Assembly (NCBI GenBank): GCA_002269645.1
Contig: NIVC01002334.1
Location: 118,603-182,602 of the forward strand
Length of the DNA: 64,000 nucleotides
Direction: 5' to 3'
Source of the DNA: Macrostomum lignano
Lineage: Eukaryota
The position numbers were made by a program, and so were the translations under genes. Shown piece after piece: positions 11,815-26,506 of this stretch; position 1 is the stretch's first letter, and each line of letters opens with the position of its first letter. Under the pieces are notes generated by a model. The model did not search any database, was not told where the DNA came from, and saw nothing but the letters and a program-made list of their open reading frames with translations.

Positions 11815-12219
11815 TTTCCATCGGAAGAGTTTCTCCAAACGCCTCAATCTCGCAGATCGCCAGCTGCTTGGGCAGGTGACTTCTCACCATGATCTCCTGT
11901 CCGGATGCGTCGCATCGTAGAGTCTTGGAGGCGAATTGTGTCGAATCTTTGTACCGATTGCACACGTTCGTTTCGTCTATTACAACTTCGAAGTCGGTCA
12001 GTGTGTCTCGATGCGTGAGCCGATTGTAGATTTTGATGTACATGAAGCGCACAGGATGCTCAGTTTTCGCCTTCCACCAGGTGTTATCATTATTGGTGAT
12101 GGCGCAGTTCTGAATGGGATTATCTGGATCGTCTAGCTTATCATCGTAAGCTTTGTCGCAAGAGTGCTTGATGCCGTCTAAGCTCGAGCCTTGGCTACAG
12201 TTGACCAACTTGAGTTTTT
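11815..12219 (-). CDS. F-type lectin-like domain exon 12 of 14
   Basis: GACAG|AA AAA acceptor, GAA A|GTGAGT donor, 405 nt, phase 1-1. NCAITNNDNTWW...IYNRLTHRDTL...CEIEAFG. Confidence 0.9.
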
Positions 12220-12705
12220 CTGTCAAGATAAAAAAGGAATAAGTAAACTGTTTGCTTTATTACAAGGTTTAGGTTTTTTGTTTGTGATTTTATAGTCATC
12301 CAAGTTCATTTTTGTCGCGATTTTTCAGTTAAAGGCAGAACGGGCAGATGTAGACGAGCTTTGATTGGTAACCTAGCCATCAAATCATTCTCATGATTGC
12401 ATTTTCTAACCGACTGTATTATTTCTTAGGTCACGAACTCAGGCCTTAAACCTGTCAATTTAAAAAGACATGAGAGTTTTGTCGCTCTTGTTTGCATCAT
12501 AGACTAATAAAAAACCTTAGCTGTCTCGATAAATTGTACATGTACCAATAAAAAAACTATGCAATAGAACACAATTCAAAATTATTCGCACCGTAGAAGG
12601 GTGTAATGCTCTGCGTTTGAAGAGGACATTACGCTTGTACATTTCAATTTCTTTGCTAGTATACCTGAGTTTTAGAAGCATTGTAGAAGAAATGCAAGGG
12701 AGCAC

Positions 12706-13639
<934 letters not shown>

Positions 13640-13775
13640 ATAGACCCGAAATGCGAGGCTTGAGTTCCGACTAGAGGGGTCGCTTGAAATTATTGTAGAT
13701 TTACCATGGACGAAAAGGTCAGGTAATTACTGAACTAGGAACCAAAGCAGAGTTATTAACGGATCTTGTCCTCAC

Positions 13776-14177
13776 CATGACGTATTGATTTTTGTCCGTA
13801 AGCCTCGAACTCGCAGATCGTCAGCTGAGGCATGTGACTTCTCACCATGATCTCATGTCCGTATCCGTCGCATCGCAGAGTCTTGGAGGCGAATTGTGTC
13901 GAATTTTTGTACCGGTTGCACACGTTCCTCTCGTCTATTACAACTTCGAAGTCGGTCAGTGTGTCTCGATGCGTGAGCCGATTGTAGATTTTGACGTACA
14001 CGAACCGCACGGGATATTCAGTCTTCGCCTTCCACCAGGTGTTGTCAATATTGGTGATGGCGCAGTTCTGAATGGGGTTATCTGGATCGTCCAGCTTATC
14101 ATCGTAAGCCTTATCGCACAAGTTTTCCGTGCTGTTCAAGTTCGAGCCCTGTCTGCAGCCGATAAGCTGGATTTTAT
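13776..14177 (-). CDS. F-type lectin-like domain exon 11 of 14
   Basis: GCCAG|AT AAA acceptor, CAT G|GTGAGG donor, 402 nt, phase 1-1. Close paralog of exon 11815-12219. Confidence 0.9.
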
Positions 14178-14527
14178 CTGGCAATTTGTGAGAAGTATAT
14201 TATTCATGTACTTTACATTCAGTTCATCTTGTACTTTTGCTTGTCTGTGACCTTAATTAATTCAGATCGAATAAGTGATGTGATCAATGAGTACAAACCA
14301 ATTCTGAAAACGGATGCCTACAGTGTAAAAGGTTTGGCTTAAGATGTCGATTAAAGATGCCGAGCTCCCACACCCCCTACCTAGTCAGCGCCCCTTTGTA
14401 CTGACTCAATCGATGGCAATCCAGAAATCGCGCCCCGATAAAAATCTGGATTTACTATTGCAGATTGATAGCTTTGCTAGACTAAAAAACATTAATACGA
14501 GCCATTTTGATGGCAATAGGAATAATA

Positions 14528-15288
14528 TAGCTTTTGGCAGCCTATTTGGGCTTACGCGCATTTAATTTAATCCAAGATACGCTTGCCAATGTAATGGAGC
14601 TTTTTTGTCTATGGTAGCAAGGCTGCCGCAGCGGCATTCAATTTGGTCCAACAAGCATCAATTTGGTCCAAATGCTCGTGAGCCAGTGGCAAACTCTTGC
14701 CTTCTCGCAACCGTCTAAGGGTTGTTGCGCACCGCTGGAATGTCAGCGTCTGTACCAGCAGTTTCCAGTCGCTTTTCCAGAGCTCTGCTGATAGTCCAAA
14801 TCTGATAACCAACTAAAACTGTAACTTCAACTGCTGCTGCATTTTCTGCAACGTCAAGAAAGGGTTCGTCTCAATTGCATTAAGTAGCAGTTGGACCTGA
14901 GTCTCTAGCAACTTGCCGAGGCGATTGCCACCTTTCCACAGGCGACCTATGCCAGAAGTGGTTTCAACACGCTGATGGATGCTGTAAACCATTTTTCTTC
15001 TATATTCAGCAGCCTTGCAATGTCCTTTGGGTGTTCACCTCTGTTGAGTGCTTTGATCGCAAGCCAGTGGCATACGTTCGACAACCTAGCATGGTTCACA
15101 ATTCTGGGGCTGGTGTTGCTCCTCCGCAACAGTTGAAAATAAAGCTATGGACCAAATTGATGCTTGTTGGACCAAATTAAGTGGCGCTGTGGCAGTCTTT
15201 CTACCATAGACAAAAGCTCCGTTGCATTGACAAACGTATCTTGGATTAAATTAAATGCGCGTAAGCCCAAATAGGCTGCCAAAAGCTA
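14528..15288. mobile_element. Non-autonomous TIR element (TAGC...GCTA termini), family copy 1
   Basis: ~140-bp imperfect TIRs beginning TAGCTTTTGGCAGCCTATTTGGGCTTACGCGCATTTAATTTAATCCAAGATACG, flanked by TA. Internal degenerate HTH-like peptide LAIKALNRGEHPKDIARLLNIEEK. Confidence 0.82.
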
Positions 15289-15405
15289 TAATTAATTAGT
15301 CAGACCACCGATAACACAACTATGGCAAAAAGCGATTAAAAAGCATGTACAAGTTGCGTTGTCACACAGTTGTCGTCTTTCAGCAGAGTATCATATGCTA
15401 CTCAC

Positions 15406-15810
15406 CCTCAGTAGGTACCGTTTCCCCGAAAGCCTCGAACTCGCAGATCGTCAGCTTCGGCAGGCGACTTTTCACCATGATCTCCTGGCCATATCCGTCG
15501 CATCGCATGGTTTTATAGGCAAAGAAAAATATACTCTGGTACCGATTGCACACGTTCTTCTCGTCAATGATCACATCGAAGTTGGTCAGTCTATACCTCA
15601 GAGTCGCGCGGTTGTAGATTACAACGTACTTAAACCGCACGGGACGCTCGGTTTTCGCTTTCCACCAGGTGTTTTCTTTGCCCGTGTGAGCGCAGTTTAT
15701 AACAGAACCCGGCTCACTTGTATCCAGCTTATCATCGTAAGCCTTGTTGCACAAGTGATTTGTGCCATCCCAGTTCGAGCCCTGGCTGCAGTTGACGAAC
15801 TTTAACTTTT
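15406..15810 (-). CDS. F-type lectin-like domain exon 10 of 14
   Basis: TTTTCAG|AA AAG acceptor, GAG G|GTGAGT donor, 405 nt, phase 1-1. NCAHTGKENTWW...IYNRATLRYRL retains H/R/R. Confidence 0.9.
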
Positions 15811-16053
15811 CTGAAAAAAAATATTTGTATTTTAAACAAGGGGTGCTTTTAGTTCGTAATATGATATAAGGCACTATTTTTCGTTGGTACTCGTATACTT
15901 TTCCTTGTGTAGTCAATTTGTGTTGAAACTTTTTCCGCTACTTTTGCTAAACGCATAGCGTTTTCATTGCTTTAAAAAAACCTATAAACTGGCCCAGAAA
16001 CAGCTCAAGTTGCATGTCTATCGCTTTATCAGAAGAAATCAGCTTCGACTCAC

Positions 16054-16458
16054 CGTCTGTAGGCACGGTCAGTCCATAAGCCTCGAACTCACAGACGGTC
16101 AGCTGTCCAGCAGCGGTGCTTATCTTGAGTTCCTGTCCGTATCCGTCGCATCGCAGAATTTTAGAAGCAAATCTATCCGTAGGTTTGTATCGAGTGCACA
16201 CTTTTTTCCCGTCGATAAGAACATCAAAGTCAGTCTGCTTGTTTTTAAAGTCGAGCCGGTCGTAAAGTTTGACGTACGTGAACCGCACAGGGTGCTCAGT
16301 TCGCGCCCACCAATAGGTATTCGAATGGTTGCGACTGGTGATTGCGCAGTGGTCTCCCAATTCTTTTCCATACTCTAACCGATTATCGATAGCTTTATCG
16401 CAGGTAGTACTATTATCCCGATCTGTATTCTGTTCGCAGCTGACAAGCTTCAGTTTTT
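16054..16458 (-). CDS. F-type lectin-like domain exon 9 of 14
   Basis: AACAG|AA AAA acceptor, GAC G|GTGAGT donor, 405 nt, phase 1-1. HCAITSRNHSNTYWW...LYDRL...CEFEAYG. Confidence 0.88.
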
Positions 16459-17682
16459 CTGTTGAGTTGTGTCAACAATAATTGAATGGTTAACTTGCGC
16501 CATAACTTGAAATATTTTTCAGTGTTTGAAAAGTGAATACTATATGCATTTTCACATGTGCATCCTGTGTGCACCCCTCTCCCTGCACTCTGTGCCTTAG
16601 ATCTACCTTTTTTCAGTCGCAAACGTACTAGTATATTTGGTTATTTCTTAGCTGCAAATCCCCTATAAATAGCTACAGTTAGTTATTTCTCCTTTTTATG
16701 GTTTTCTTCAGCATTTCTCTATGTCAAGCCCCTTCATGTTATCTTCTTTACAACTTTGTTTGTTTCTGTTTCTATTCTTTTCTTAACCCTCCTTTGCTTT
16801 TATTACTCTTATGTTTTAATGCCTTTGCTTACAGAACGTATTGAATGCATTCATTAAATATTTAAATAAACTATCGCGCACGCCTTTCTCTTATTATGTC
16901 GCTAAGTGTTTAAACATTTCTTTCTAAATTTCTTATTGAATCCCTCCAGAATTGTCTTATTTTTTTTCGATATGTATCTCTTGGAGGGGGTGGGTCATTT
17001 ACATGCAACATCTTCCTATTAAACTATCTAGATACATACAAGTTTTGTAGTATAAAAATTGGCAGTCACTGTAAAGTTATATGCCCTCAAAAAACGTACT
17101 ATAATATTGTGCACTATCACAAGATCAAAAGCAGGAAATATGGCCAGCTCTTCGGGCCGGATTAGACAGCAAAATATCGGTTAACTGGCCCGGATTTCTC
17201 GGCGCAGAATAATTCTGCGTGAATCGCCCGTAAATATTCGGGTATAAATGCGGGTGCATGCACGGGTGCATCGCCCGAAAAGCGAACTTTTCGTAACGAT
17301 TCCGGGCCAGTAGCCCGGCAATTTTTACACCCGCAAAGTGCTGACGATTTTGGGTGAAGAGAAGGGTGAAAATTCGGGCCAATTTTCATAGGGATACTAT
17401 GCAAATTTTGGGGAGAGTTTTTCTTGATATCTAAATGATACGGAGGAAAGACGCATATGTACTTCTAATATGTAAGTTGCTGATTACTGAAAAATGCCAG
17501 TCACTAGCGATCTCCTGAATCGGAAGATGCGGCAGTCCTATTATTGGTAAACCCACAGTGGTTAATCAAAGGACATGCCGACGCCATACTGGTGCATCAA
17601 GCCTAGGATGTAATTTATTTTAGCTACCCTTGTCACCTTGTCACAACTCTCGTCAATCTTAAACAGGTCAATCTATACTCAC

Positions 17683-18081
17683 TCTCCGAAGGTACAGTCT
17701 CTCCGTAAGCCTCGAACTCGCAGATCGTCAAATTGGGCCGGTTACTTCTCACCATGATCTTCTGACCGTACGCGTCGCATTTTAGAATCTTTGAAGCAAA
17801 TCCCGTCGAATTTTTGTACCGATTGCACACTGTCTTATCGTCGATGATCACTTCGAAGTCGGTCAGCCCTTCTCGTTGTTTGAGCTGGTTGTAGATTTTG
17901 ACATAGTTGAACCGCACGGGTTGCTGAGTTTTTGCCATCCACCAAGTTTTGCGATCGCCGGTTCGTGCACAGTTCAATAGAGAGCCATCTTCATTTGTCT
18001 TACCGTCGTAGGCCTTATAACACATGTTCTTTCCGCCAGGCAAGCTTGAGCCCTGGCGACAACCATGAAGCTTCAGTTTTT
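17683..18081 (-). CDS. F-type lectin-like domain exon 8 of 14
   Basis: GCCAG|AA AAA acceptor, GAG A|GTGAGT donor, 399 nt, phase 1-1. NCARTGDRKTWW...IYNQLKQREGL. Confidence 0.9.
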
Positions 18082-20737
18082 CTGGCAATTAAGTTTATGA
18101 GAGTGTGGCAACGTTATTTCTACGTAATAATCTCCAAGTTCTGAGCTTATTACATGTAGCTTAGAGCAGTAAACCCAACGCTAACATGATGAGCGTTGGG
18201 ACATTGTTCAATCAAGAGTAAATCTCGTATATTTTTTATCACAGAGTGATCTGCTTACTACTATGCCATTTAGACTCGTTTACACAATAAAAGCGTGCTT
18301 CCTACAGAACAGCTTGTGCTTTTATACAACATAAGTGGTAACATTGCTGTACGCAGAGAGAGTGCTAGGACTGTAATCGCCCTCTCCCCCCCCCAGGAAG
18401 CGCGTCCACCAAAAACCGAATGAAGGTGTGGTAACCAAGCTTGATAAATATCAGGAGGTCAATTTTTGCCACGTCTTGGACGTCGCATCCACCGAACGGC
18501 CGATGAAACAGACTTGGACCATCAAGAGACAGAGGCACCTGAGACACGGGACACCAAATATTGGCGCCCATTAGGGTTGCGACCCCTCCAATATGGTTGA
18601 CGCCGATATTTAATGTTGGCGTTCAGAAAGTAAGGGCCGTATATACAGTAGTTTTTCCAGATTACCTCAGATTAGCCCAGATTGATAAAATTTACATGCC
18701 TAGACAAAATTAATACAAATGCGTGACTTGCGCACTTTTGTCATAGACGGCTGCATCTGATAGGTTCCAGCTCAGCCACTATGAAATGCAAGGAGAGCTT
18801 GTAAAAGTGTAAAAGTATAAACAATAAGCATGCACTTCTATCGTATCGTCGCTTTGCTCTTCAGAATGCGACACTGACTTGCCCTAACGTGGAAATTTCG
18901 GTAGAACAAATACAAAGAACCAGATAGGCAAGTTGTATAGTACCTTGTCCTACTATTTGGCATAACTTCGGTCTGATTCAACGAATTTTTATTGTCGATT
19001 TTGATAAAATCTGTTTTTTTCACACGTCAAATGTCCTGTTTTGAAGCAAAACTCACCGTAGGTCTCTGTTTTATAGGTTTTTTGACGAGTAAAACAAGGT
19101 TTTTTGCACCGCAACTTTTCTAGGAAGTTTGTACTTTCAAAGCTCTCGTGAGGCTACTGCAAAACTACCGAAGCGAATATGCAGGATTGCTTGTGTCAAG
19201 CCAACTAGAAAAGTGGGAAACGCCTTAATTCATGCAGAAAAATCTTGAAAGCCTATTATGAAGTAATTTCTATTATGTGTCTATGTCTTTGTGCATTTCT
19301 TATGGCTTTAAATGCATTCGCGAACTTGAAAAGTGTTGTTTCGGAAAATGGAAACACTTGCAGACAGAGAATCGAAGGGAGCGGACTGCCTTCCTATAAA
19401 GTCAGATTCAAAGGAGATGCAATTCAAGTACCGTTAACGCGTAAAGTTATTACAACTGTAGAGTTATTAAAACCATACCGTAATGTGCTACCTAAAGTAA
19501 TACTCTAAGAAAAGTCTATTTAAATCTGCAACCTATAGAGCCAGGCGCAAATAGAATGAATCAGAACCCTACGTAGGACCAACGTTTGTTTGATCAAGGA
19601 ACCGGTTTTCACCAGCTGTATTTGCTTTACTCCATGTATGGTAGTGCTCAAACATGCATGACCGCCTAATCAAACATAAATGATCTAAGTTAATATCCGA
19701 TCTCGAACCGGTTTTTACCCAAAGTTTTGCTATAAATATAAGTGAAAATCTGCGTAAAAAATTCAGACTCGGAGCGGTCTCTAAAAAGACTTCGAAGAAC
19801 AAAGAATACCAATCTCTGAGGGACGATACGAGCTACTTCTCCAATTGGTAAGCGTTTAACGGATTTAGTTCTTTGTTGCTAGCGTTAATAAGTAGATTAA
19901 TTAAGTTTTTTGAGAGCCGTTTATTGTCGAAACATTTTAGAAAGGCCTCCTTATTTTCTAAGATATTCCTAAAGGATTAATTGATTGATTTGAGCTATCT
20001 GTTACATTTCGGACGTGACGAAGAAGACGCCCTTCATGAGGACCTATTACAGGTACTCAAAGAATTCAATTGTTCATTAGAGCGCACGTTCTATTGTTAA
20101 TTCCGAGCTCGAGAACCGTCAAGATTTCTGATTCGCTCTCGCTTTTGGTTGACCCACAGATAAAGTCAAGGACTCCCGGAGGTATCGATTCACCCAAGCC
20201 AAGCAAAGACGTCTACAAGCTACTAAAGGAGCCGCTCCTAAGTAAGAGTTATCTGATTTTGCACTTGCACTTGCTCCACAGTGTCTAGAAGTGGAAGTGG
20301 GACTGATCAACACTCCTATACTCTACACAACACGTGACACAAAATGATACAGTAGTACATGGTTAACAGTATGCAAGAACGCTAAACGAAACAGGTACGC
20401 TTATAGTCACGGCTCGTATATATATGCCACGTGGGCACGTACGAGCTCGTAGATATCTATAACTGGCAACTGAGGCGCTTGACATATCTCTCAGCTCTAT
20501 ATACTGCTGTAGCTGAAGTCGAAGGCTACAAGCATGAGCTAACGTGCACCCATAGATACAGTACATATTAGAAATGAATAGGCCTTTCATGTTATTTTCT
20601 GCATGAATTGAAGCGTTTCCCGTTCCCTTTTCGTCCCTGGTCAAGCCTTGATTCCTCTTAAGAGCCAACTTTGCTACCGATTCTTAGTGGTCCGTTTAGC
20701 CACACTAAACTAACACGTAAACTTCATTCGCACTTAC

Positions 20738-21106
20738 GCAGCACTTTTCCGTAAGCCTCGAACTCGCAGATCGCCAGCTTGGGCAGGTGACTCCTCACCA
20801 TGATCTCATGTCCGTATCCGCCGCAAGGCAGTATTTTTGTATCGAATTCTGTTGAATCTTTGTACCGATTGCAAACATTTTCGTCGATTAGAACTTCAAA
20901 GTTGGTCAGACTGTCCCGTTGTTTAGCACGGCTGAAGATTTTGACGAACATGAACCACACAGGTTGTGAAGTTTGTGCCTTCCACCAGGTGTTGTCACTA
21001 TTGGTGATTGCACACTGGGCTAGAGAACTATCGAAAGCTTCATGGCAAAGGTGTTTAGCGTCATCAGCGTTCGAGCCCTGACTGCAGCCGTCAAACTTGA
21101 GTTTAG
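20738..21106 (-). CDS. F-type lectin-like domain exon 7 of 14 (shortest; loop deletion)
   Basis: ACCAG|CT AAA acceptor, CTG C|GTAAGT donor, 369 nt, phase 1-1. QCAITNSDNTWW...IFSRAKQRDSL. Confidence 0.88.
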
Positions 21107-21252
21107 CTGGTGAAATGGTTGAAAGTATGGTGGGTTCAAAAAGTTCCAACTGAAAACTTTTTATTAAAACTTTTTGCGGGTTACTAAATCAAAATTACAC
21201 AAAATATTCCAAAACACAGACTGAACAGTAAATTGGAAAAAGATATGAAAAA

Positions 21253-22002
21253 TAGCTTTTGCAGCCCATTTGGGCTTTACGCGCATTAAACTTAATCCAA
21301 AAGATATGTTTGCCAATGTAACGGAGCTTTTGTCTATGGTAGCAAGGCTGGCACTGAGGCACTTAATTTGATCCAAACGCTCCTGAGCCATTCGACAAAC
21401 TCTTTCCCCCTCCCAACCGTCTGCGGGTAGTTGCGTACCGCTGGAATATCAGCGTGTCTACCAACAATTTTCAGTCGCTTTTCCAGAGCTCTGCTCATAG
21501 TCTAAATCTGAAAAACCAACTGGGACTGTTCCTTTAACTTCTGCTGCATTTCTGAACCGTCAACAAAGTGCTCGTCTCAACTGCATCGAGTAGCAGTTGG
21601 ATTATGAGGGTCTCGAGCAACTTGCTTTGGCAATTGCCAGCCCTTTAAAGGCGATCTCTGCCGCCACTGGTTTTAACGCGCTGATTGATGCTGTAAACCA
21701 TCTTTTCTTCTACATTCAGCAACCTTGCAATGTCCTTGGGGCGTTCACCTCTGTCCAGTGCTTCGATCGCAAGCCAATGGCATTCGTTCGACAGCCTAGC
21801 ATCAGGTCCACTTATCTGGGGCTGATCTTGCTCCTCCGAAGCCGTTGCTAATGTAGCTATGGACCAAATTGATGCTTGATGGACCAAATTAAATGCCGCT
21901 GTGACAGCCTTGCTACCATAGACAAAAGCTCCGTTACATTGGAAAAAGTATCTTGGATTACATTCAATACTGGTGAGCCCCCAAATGGACTGCAAAAAGC
22001 TA
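21253..22002. mobile_element. Non-autonomous TIR element (TAGC...GCTA termini), family copy 2
   Basis: Colinear and similar to 14528-15288 over its whole length, with the same imperfect TIRs and HTH-like remnant LAIEALDRGERPKDIARLLNVEEK. Confidence 0.78.
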
Positions 22003-22198
22003 TTTTTGTTTCTGTCTATCGCACTGCATCAATCTCTGCCGGTTCTCTCTGTATTTATTCGCTTGTCAATTAATCTAGTTTGTGGTTCATTCAAGGACCA
22101 CTGTAAATAACAATGTATACTTTATATAACATTATAAAATTATATACAGTGGTCCTTGGGTTCATTCATGTAGTGAATACCCTTAAACACGGTGTATA

Positions 22199-25100
22199 TA
22201 GCATTTTGTAAGCTAGTAAAGACTACGAGCAAGCAATTTAATCCAAGATAGCAAAAACACATGCATTTTGAGCCTCACTGCTAGTTGTCTATGGTAAAAA
22301 GTGTGTCTATGCCATTCCACTCTCAGTTTTTACTACATGTCAGACGAATGTGACCAAGCCAGCACCATTTTTGAAGACATCGACAGAATCGCTGCCGAAG
22401 ATGCCGGAGCGCCACCTGTGCAATATGCTAAGATTAGCGACAAAAAGCATAGATTGATAATCGACGGTATCGACAGAGGCGATAACAACAGAAGCATTGC
22501 CAGCTTAGCACGCAGGCAAGAATTCGCACAGGCTGCATCGCTGGGGAGGTGATTATGTAACTTACTGAAGTCTAAACGTACATGTAAAAACTTTTCTGTC
22601 GTGTGTTTCTTTATATGCAGGTTTCGTTAAGTGAACTTTTTTGCTGAACCTTGTTCTACGTCGTAACTTTTTCATATGGAGCTTCCTGGTTGGTTTCGTT
22701 GGAGGCATGCATGAAATAAATGGAAAGGCCGAGCAAGAAGTGCTTAAATCATGGACTTCTATACTTAGCATCTGGACTGGAAGCGAAAAAATTCTCGCAA
22801 AAAAAGTTACTACATGAGGCCAATTGTTTCCATAGATATGCATTTATCAAAAACTGCTGCGGCTTATATCGAATACAACTAAACTCACTTTCTTCATTTG
22901 ACTCTGCATAATGAAAGAATATCCTTCGTTATGGTGAATAAGTGTTCGGCATTCGGCTGCAGGAGTGGCTTCGCTAATAGTTCGACACCAAACAGGACTG
23001 TGACGTTTCATTGTTATCCACTTAACAAGCCGAGTCTACTGAAAAATGGAACAAGGCGAATCCGAGGAAGGACTTTGAACCCACCAAGTACTCTCGCATC
23101 TGCTCACTGCATTTCACATCTGAGGACTTCGTTGAGTCAACACAAGACAACAATTTCACTCGCAAAGCGAAGAAAGGCCAGCTGGCTAAGCGTTATCTGA
23201 GACAAGATGCGGTGCCAACTATTTTTCCAAACGCACCATCATATCTTTCCTCTGTCCGCCCAGCAGCTCGGATCACATGCACTGCGACATCATCTGCGCG
23301 TATGGAGGCGGAAAACAGGCGCCTGGATGATCAGATTTCCGACTTCTTTGCCACTGATTCAATTATCGATTGCTCGCCACGAAAAATTCAAGAACTGCTA
23401 GATTCTGAGGGGACGAGGCCAGATGGGTTTCAAACTGCAATTTGCAACGAGTTCCTGTGCATCTTCATGCTGGAGCAGAAGCATGTCTGCCAGGTAGCGT
23501 GCTCCATCTGCATTGCACCGAATCACAAGGTCTCCATTGGTCTGAATGGCTCAGCGCTGTCGCAAGGCAAGGTCGTAGAATTGGTTGGCACGGATGGAAA
23601 TGTTTCTTCCATTAGTGAAGTCTTGAATTTCAGTGAAAAGTCTTGAATTTCTTCACACATTAGTGTCAAGAATTTGAAAGAAGATCTTGAACGCGTTGAG
23701 CAGGAGCAGTTGTCGGATGTTAATGACAAGCATTTTTCTCACTTCGTGGACATGGCCCAAAACAATCTGACAAGTGCTCTAGAGCAGAAGGAAGACAGGT
23801 CGATTACCTTTATCCGAGAACAGCTGCAGTTGAGCAGTAAACCAAAGGGCTCAAGGAGATATTCTCAACATTTGATAGTATTGTGCTACATGATTTATTC
23901 ACTAAGTGCTGCAGCCTATGGACTTCTACGTGATCAAGGGATTCTCTGCCTGCCATCAGAGCGAACTCTGAGGTCAGTTACTCGAAAAGTTGGAAAAGCT
24001 GGATTGGATTCTCAAAGTTACCTTCGGAGGCGAGCGTCCAAGCTGACCCAGATTGAGCGAGTTGTGGTGCTAATCATTGATGAAATCTATGTGGCCAATC
24101 GAGTTGAGTACTGTGCTGCAGGTCAAGTGAGTGGAGTGGACAATGACGGAGTGGTTGCTTCCACCTACTATTGCTTTTTGATAAAGGCAATTGCCGGCAA
24201 GTACAAGGACATGGTGGCTATGTTTCCTGTAGCAAAGCTGACAGCACAGAAGCTCAGTCACTGGTTTCAAGATGTCATGAAGTTGCTGCGCAGCCTGCAA
24301 CTCTCCGTCATCGCAATATCTGTTGACAATGCACCAGTGAACCGAAAATTCGTCATCGATTTTCTGTGCGACGGAGAGTTAAAAGAGTCATTTTTTGACA
24401 AGGTCACAGGTCAGCCCATCTTTGTTGTGATCGATCCTGTGCACACCATCAAGAATGTCTACAACAACTGGCAGTCGCGGAAATTATTCCGCTGCCCAGC
24501 ATTTCCACCTGTTTTGACAGAAGCCTGAGACGCCGACTTTGGTCATATCGCTGAACTGTTCCATTCTGAGGTCAACAAGCCGTTGAGACTTGCACACAAG
24601 CTCAACCCTGCGGTGCTGAAGCCTAAGAACATAGAGAAATCATCAGTGAAGCTGGCTGTGGCAGTATTCTGTGAGTCAACACGAGACGCACTGTGTTACT
24701 ATACTGCACATGAGAACAGGAACTGGGGTGGCACTGCAAGATTTGTCAGTGCGGTTCTGAAGCTCTGGAAAGTTCTCAACGTCAAGACAGCATCCAAGGG
24801 ACTTCGTAAGCGTGACATTGCGCAGGATCCAGTGCGCTCCTCACTTGACTGGAAGCTGCAATCTCTTGACGAGTTCAGCAGTTTTTTTGAGGTAAGTCTT
24901 TAAAATGCGTTTAATTATTTTTTAACTATCGGTCCTAATTCCTATGCACCAACTAATTTCAGTTATGGCAGTCTTCTGGAGTGTGCGGCTTGACGAAGGA
25001 GACTTTTCTAGCATGCCGCATTACCTGCCGTTCCATCGCTGCCTGTGCGAGACATCTGCTGGATCACGAAGGATTCTCCTATGTTCTTCTAGGCTCACTT

Positions 25101-26316
25101 CAATCTGACAGCATTGAACGCCGATTTGGTTGGCTCCGTCAGATGTCAGGAGCGAACTACTTCATTTCCGCAAGACAGCGAACTGAAAACAGTCGCAAAA
25201 TTGCTGCCATCAGTCTGCTGAAGTTTTCTCAGCTGTCACTGACCGATATAGACAATGCTATAGAGTCAATCTGCGCCAAGGATCAGCACATAATGGAACT
25301 GGCGTTAGAGTTTGCAAGCAAGATGGAGATGAACATCCAGCCATTGAGATCGGACTGCACCGTTGTCTACTATGTAAGTGGAGCAGTTGCTAAGAAATTT
25401 GTGCAAAGGAAGCGAGGATGCGCGTCTTGCAGCGAACTTCTGCTCGACTCTGACAACCTACAGCCCCTTGAGAGTGATGAAGAAATCCAGACCACGGCAA
25501 TCGCCTTCTAGGAGGAGATCAATCGGGGTGGCCTGTCCAAGCCGTCGATGGTCGCCTTTAGGCTGGCCACACACTGCTGGCAGGTGTTCGAAGAGATTCG
25601 GCAGAGCAATGAACTGCGCAGAAGGCTGCTGACCGCGCCCAACCAGATGCTGTCAGATGATGTGCACGGCTGGCCATGATGTAAAAGAGGGAATTATTTG
25701 CGCATTTTTCAACTGCATGATGAAAAATTTGATCAAAGATATTTCGGTTGGTGGAGCTGGAGCCAAAAGTAAGCGAAAGTCGACTAAACTTTCCAGTGGC
25801 AGTTCATACTAACAACTTTGATTTGTGTCGATGATGCTTTTCAATCTGTCTGACACGCCACTGACCTGCTTTCGTGTCACATCTAAGCTGTTCAGACCTT
25901 TGTTAATACTGCCTACTCTCGTTTCTTACCGATTTGTTCAAGTACATATGCACACATGCATCTTTTTCTCTGCACACTGCTAATATATATAACAACATGT
26001 ATATAATTCGTTCCCAATCACAAGTAGTCCTGCCTAAGTATAAAATGAATCAGTTTGAATTTGCGTCGTTGCCTCGCGATAAAAAAATAAATACATTTCT
26101 GATGGCCTCATGTGGTAACGCGAATTTTTTCGCTTCCAGTCCAGATGCTGAGTATAGAAGTCCATGGCTTAAATGAGTGCTCCAAGGATTAAATTGCCTG
26201 CCGTTTTGACACACTTTTTACCATAGACAACTAGCAGTGAGACTCAAAATGCATGTGTTTTTGCTATTTTGGATTAAATTGCTTGCTCGTAGGCTCTACT
26301 AGCTTGCAAAATGCTA
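22199..26316 (+). mobile_element. THAP-domain P-element/THAP9-type transposon with ~110-bp TIRs; transposase disrupted
   Basis: The TIR TAGCATTTTG(T/C)AAGCTAGTA...TTGTCTATGGTAAAAAGTGTGTC is present at both ends, flanked by TA. THAP zinc finger MVNKCSAFGC...FHCYP...RICSLHF...AVPTIF starts at 22931 (frameshift ~23045). Catalytic-core motifs VLIIDEIYV, SVDNAPVNRK, DPVHTIKNVYNNW, LQSDSIERRFGWLRQMSG. Intron 24892-24962. In-frame stops at 23644, 24526 and 25509. Confidence 0.88.
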
Positions 26317-26506
26317 TATTAAAATTTAACAACGAAAGCATTGTTATGTCAAAGTTTAACAAAGCAATGATACTAATTAGCACTAACCCGTGCTTTTGGT
26401 TCAAGTATATGCAAAATAATGTACGTATGTCTGTCAAGCATGAACTATATTGGCTATGCCTATGCTTTTATCTGTATAAAAACAGGAGAAACAAAGTCAA
26501 ACTCAC

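Noticed and set aside
18360-20700. Fragmentary ORFs in the intron between lectin exons 17683 and 20738
   Set aside because: Short, interrupted frames with no identifiable domain or termini. Probably a decayed element, and unclassifiable by eye.
24526-25511. In-frame TGA/TAG in the P transposase as programmed readthrough or selenocysteine
   Set aside because: Several independent lesions (frameshift, local duplication, stops) indicate ordinary decay.
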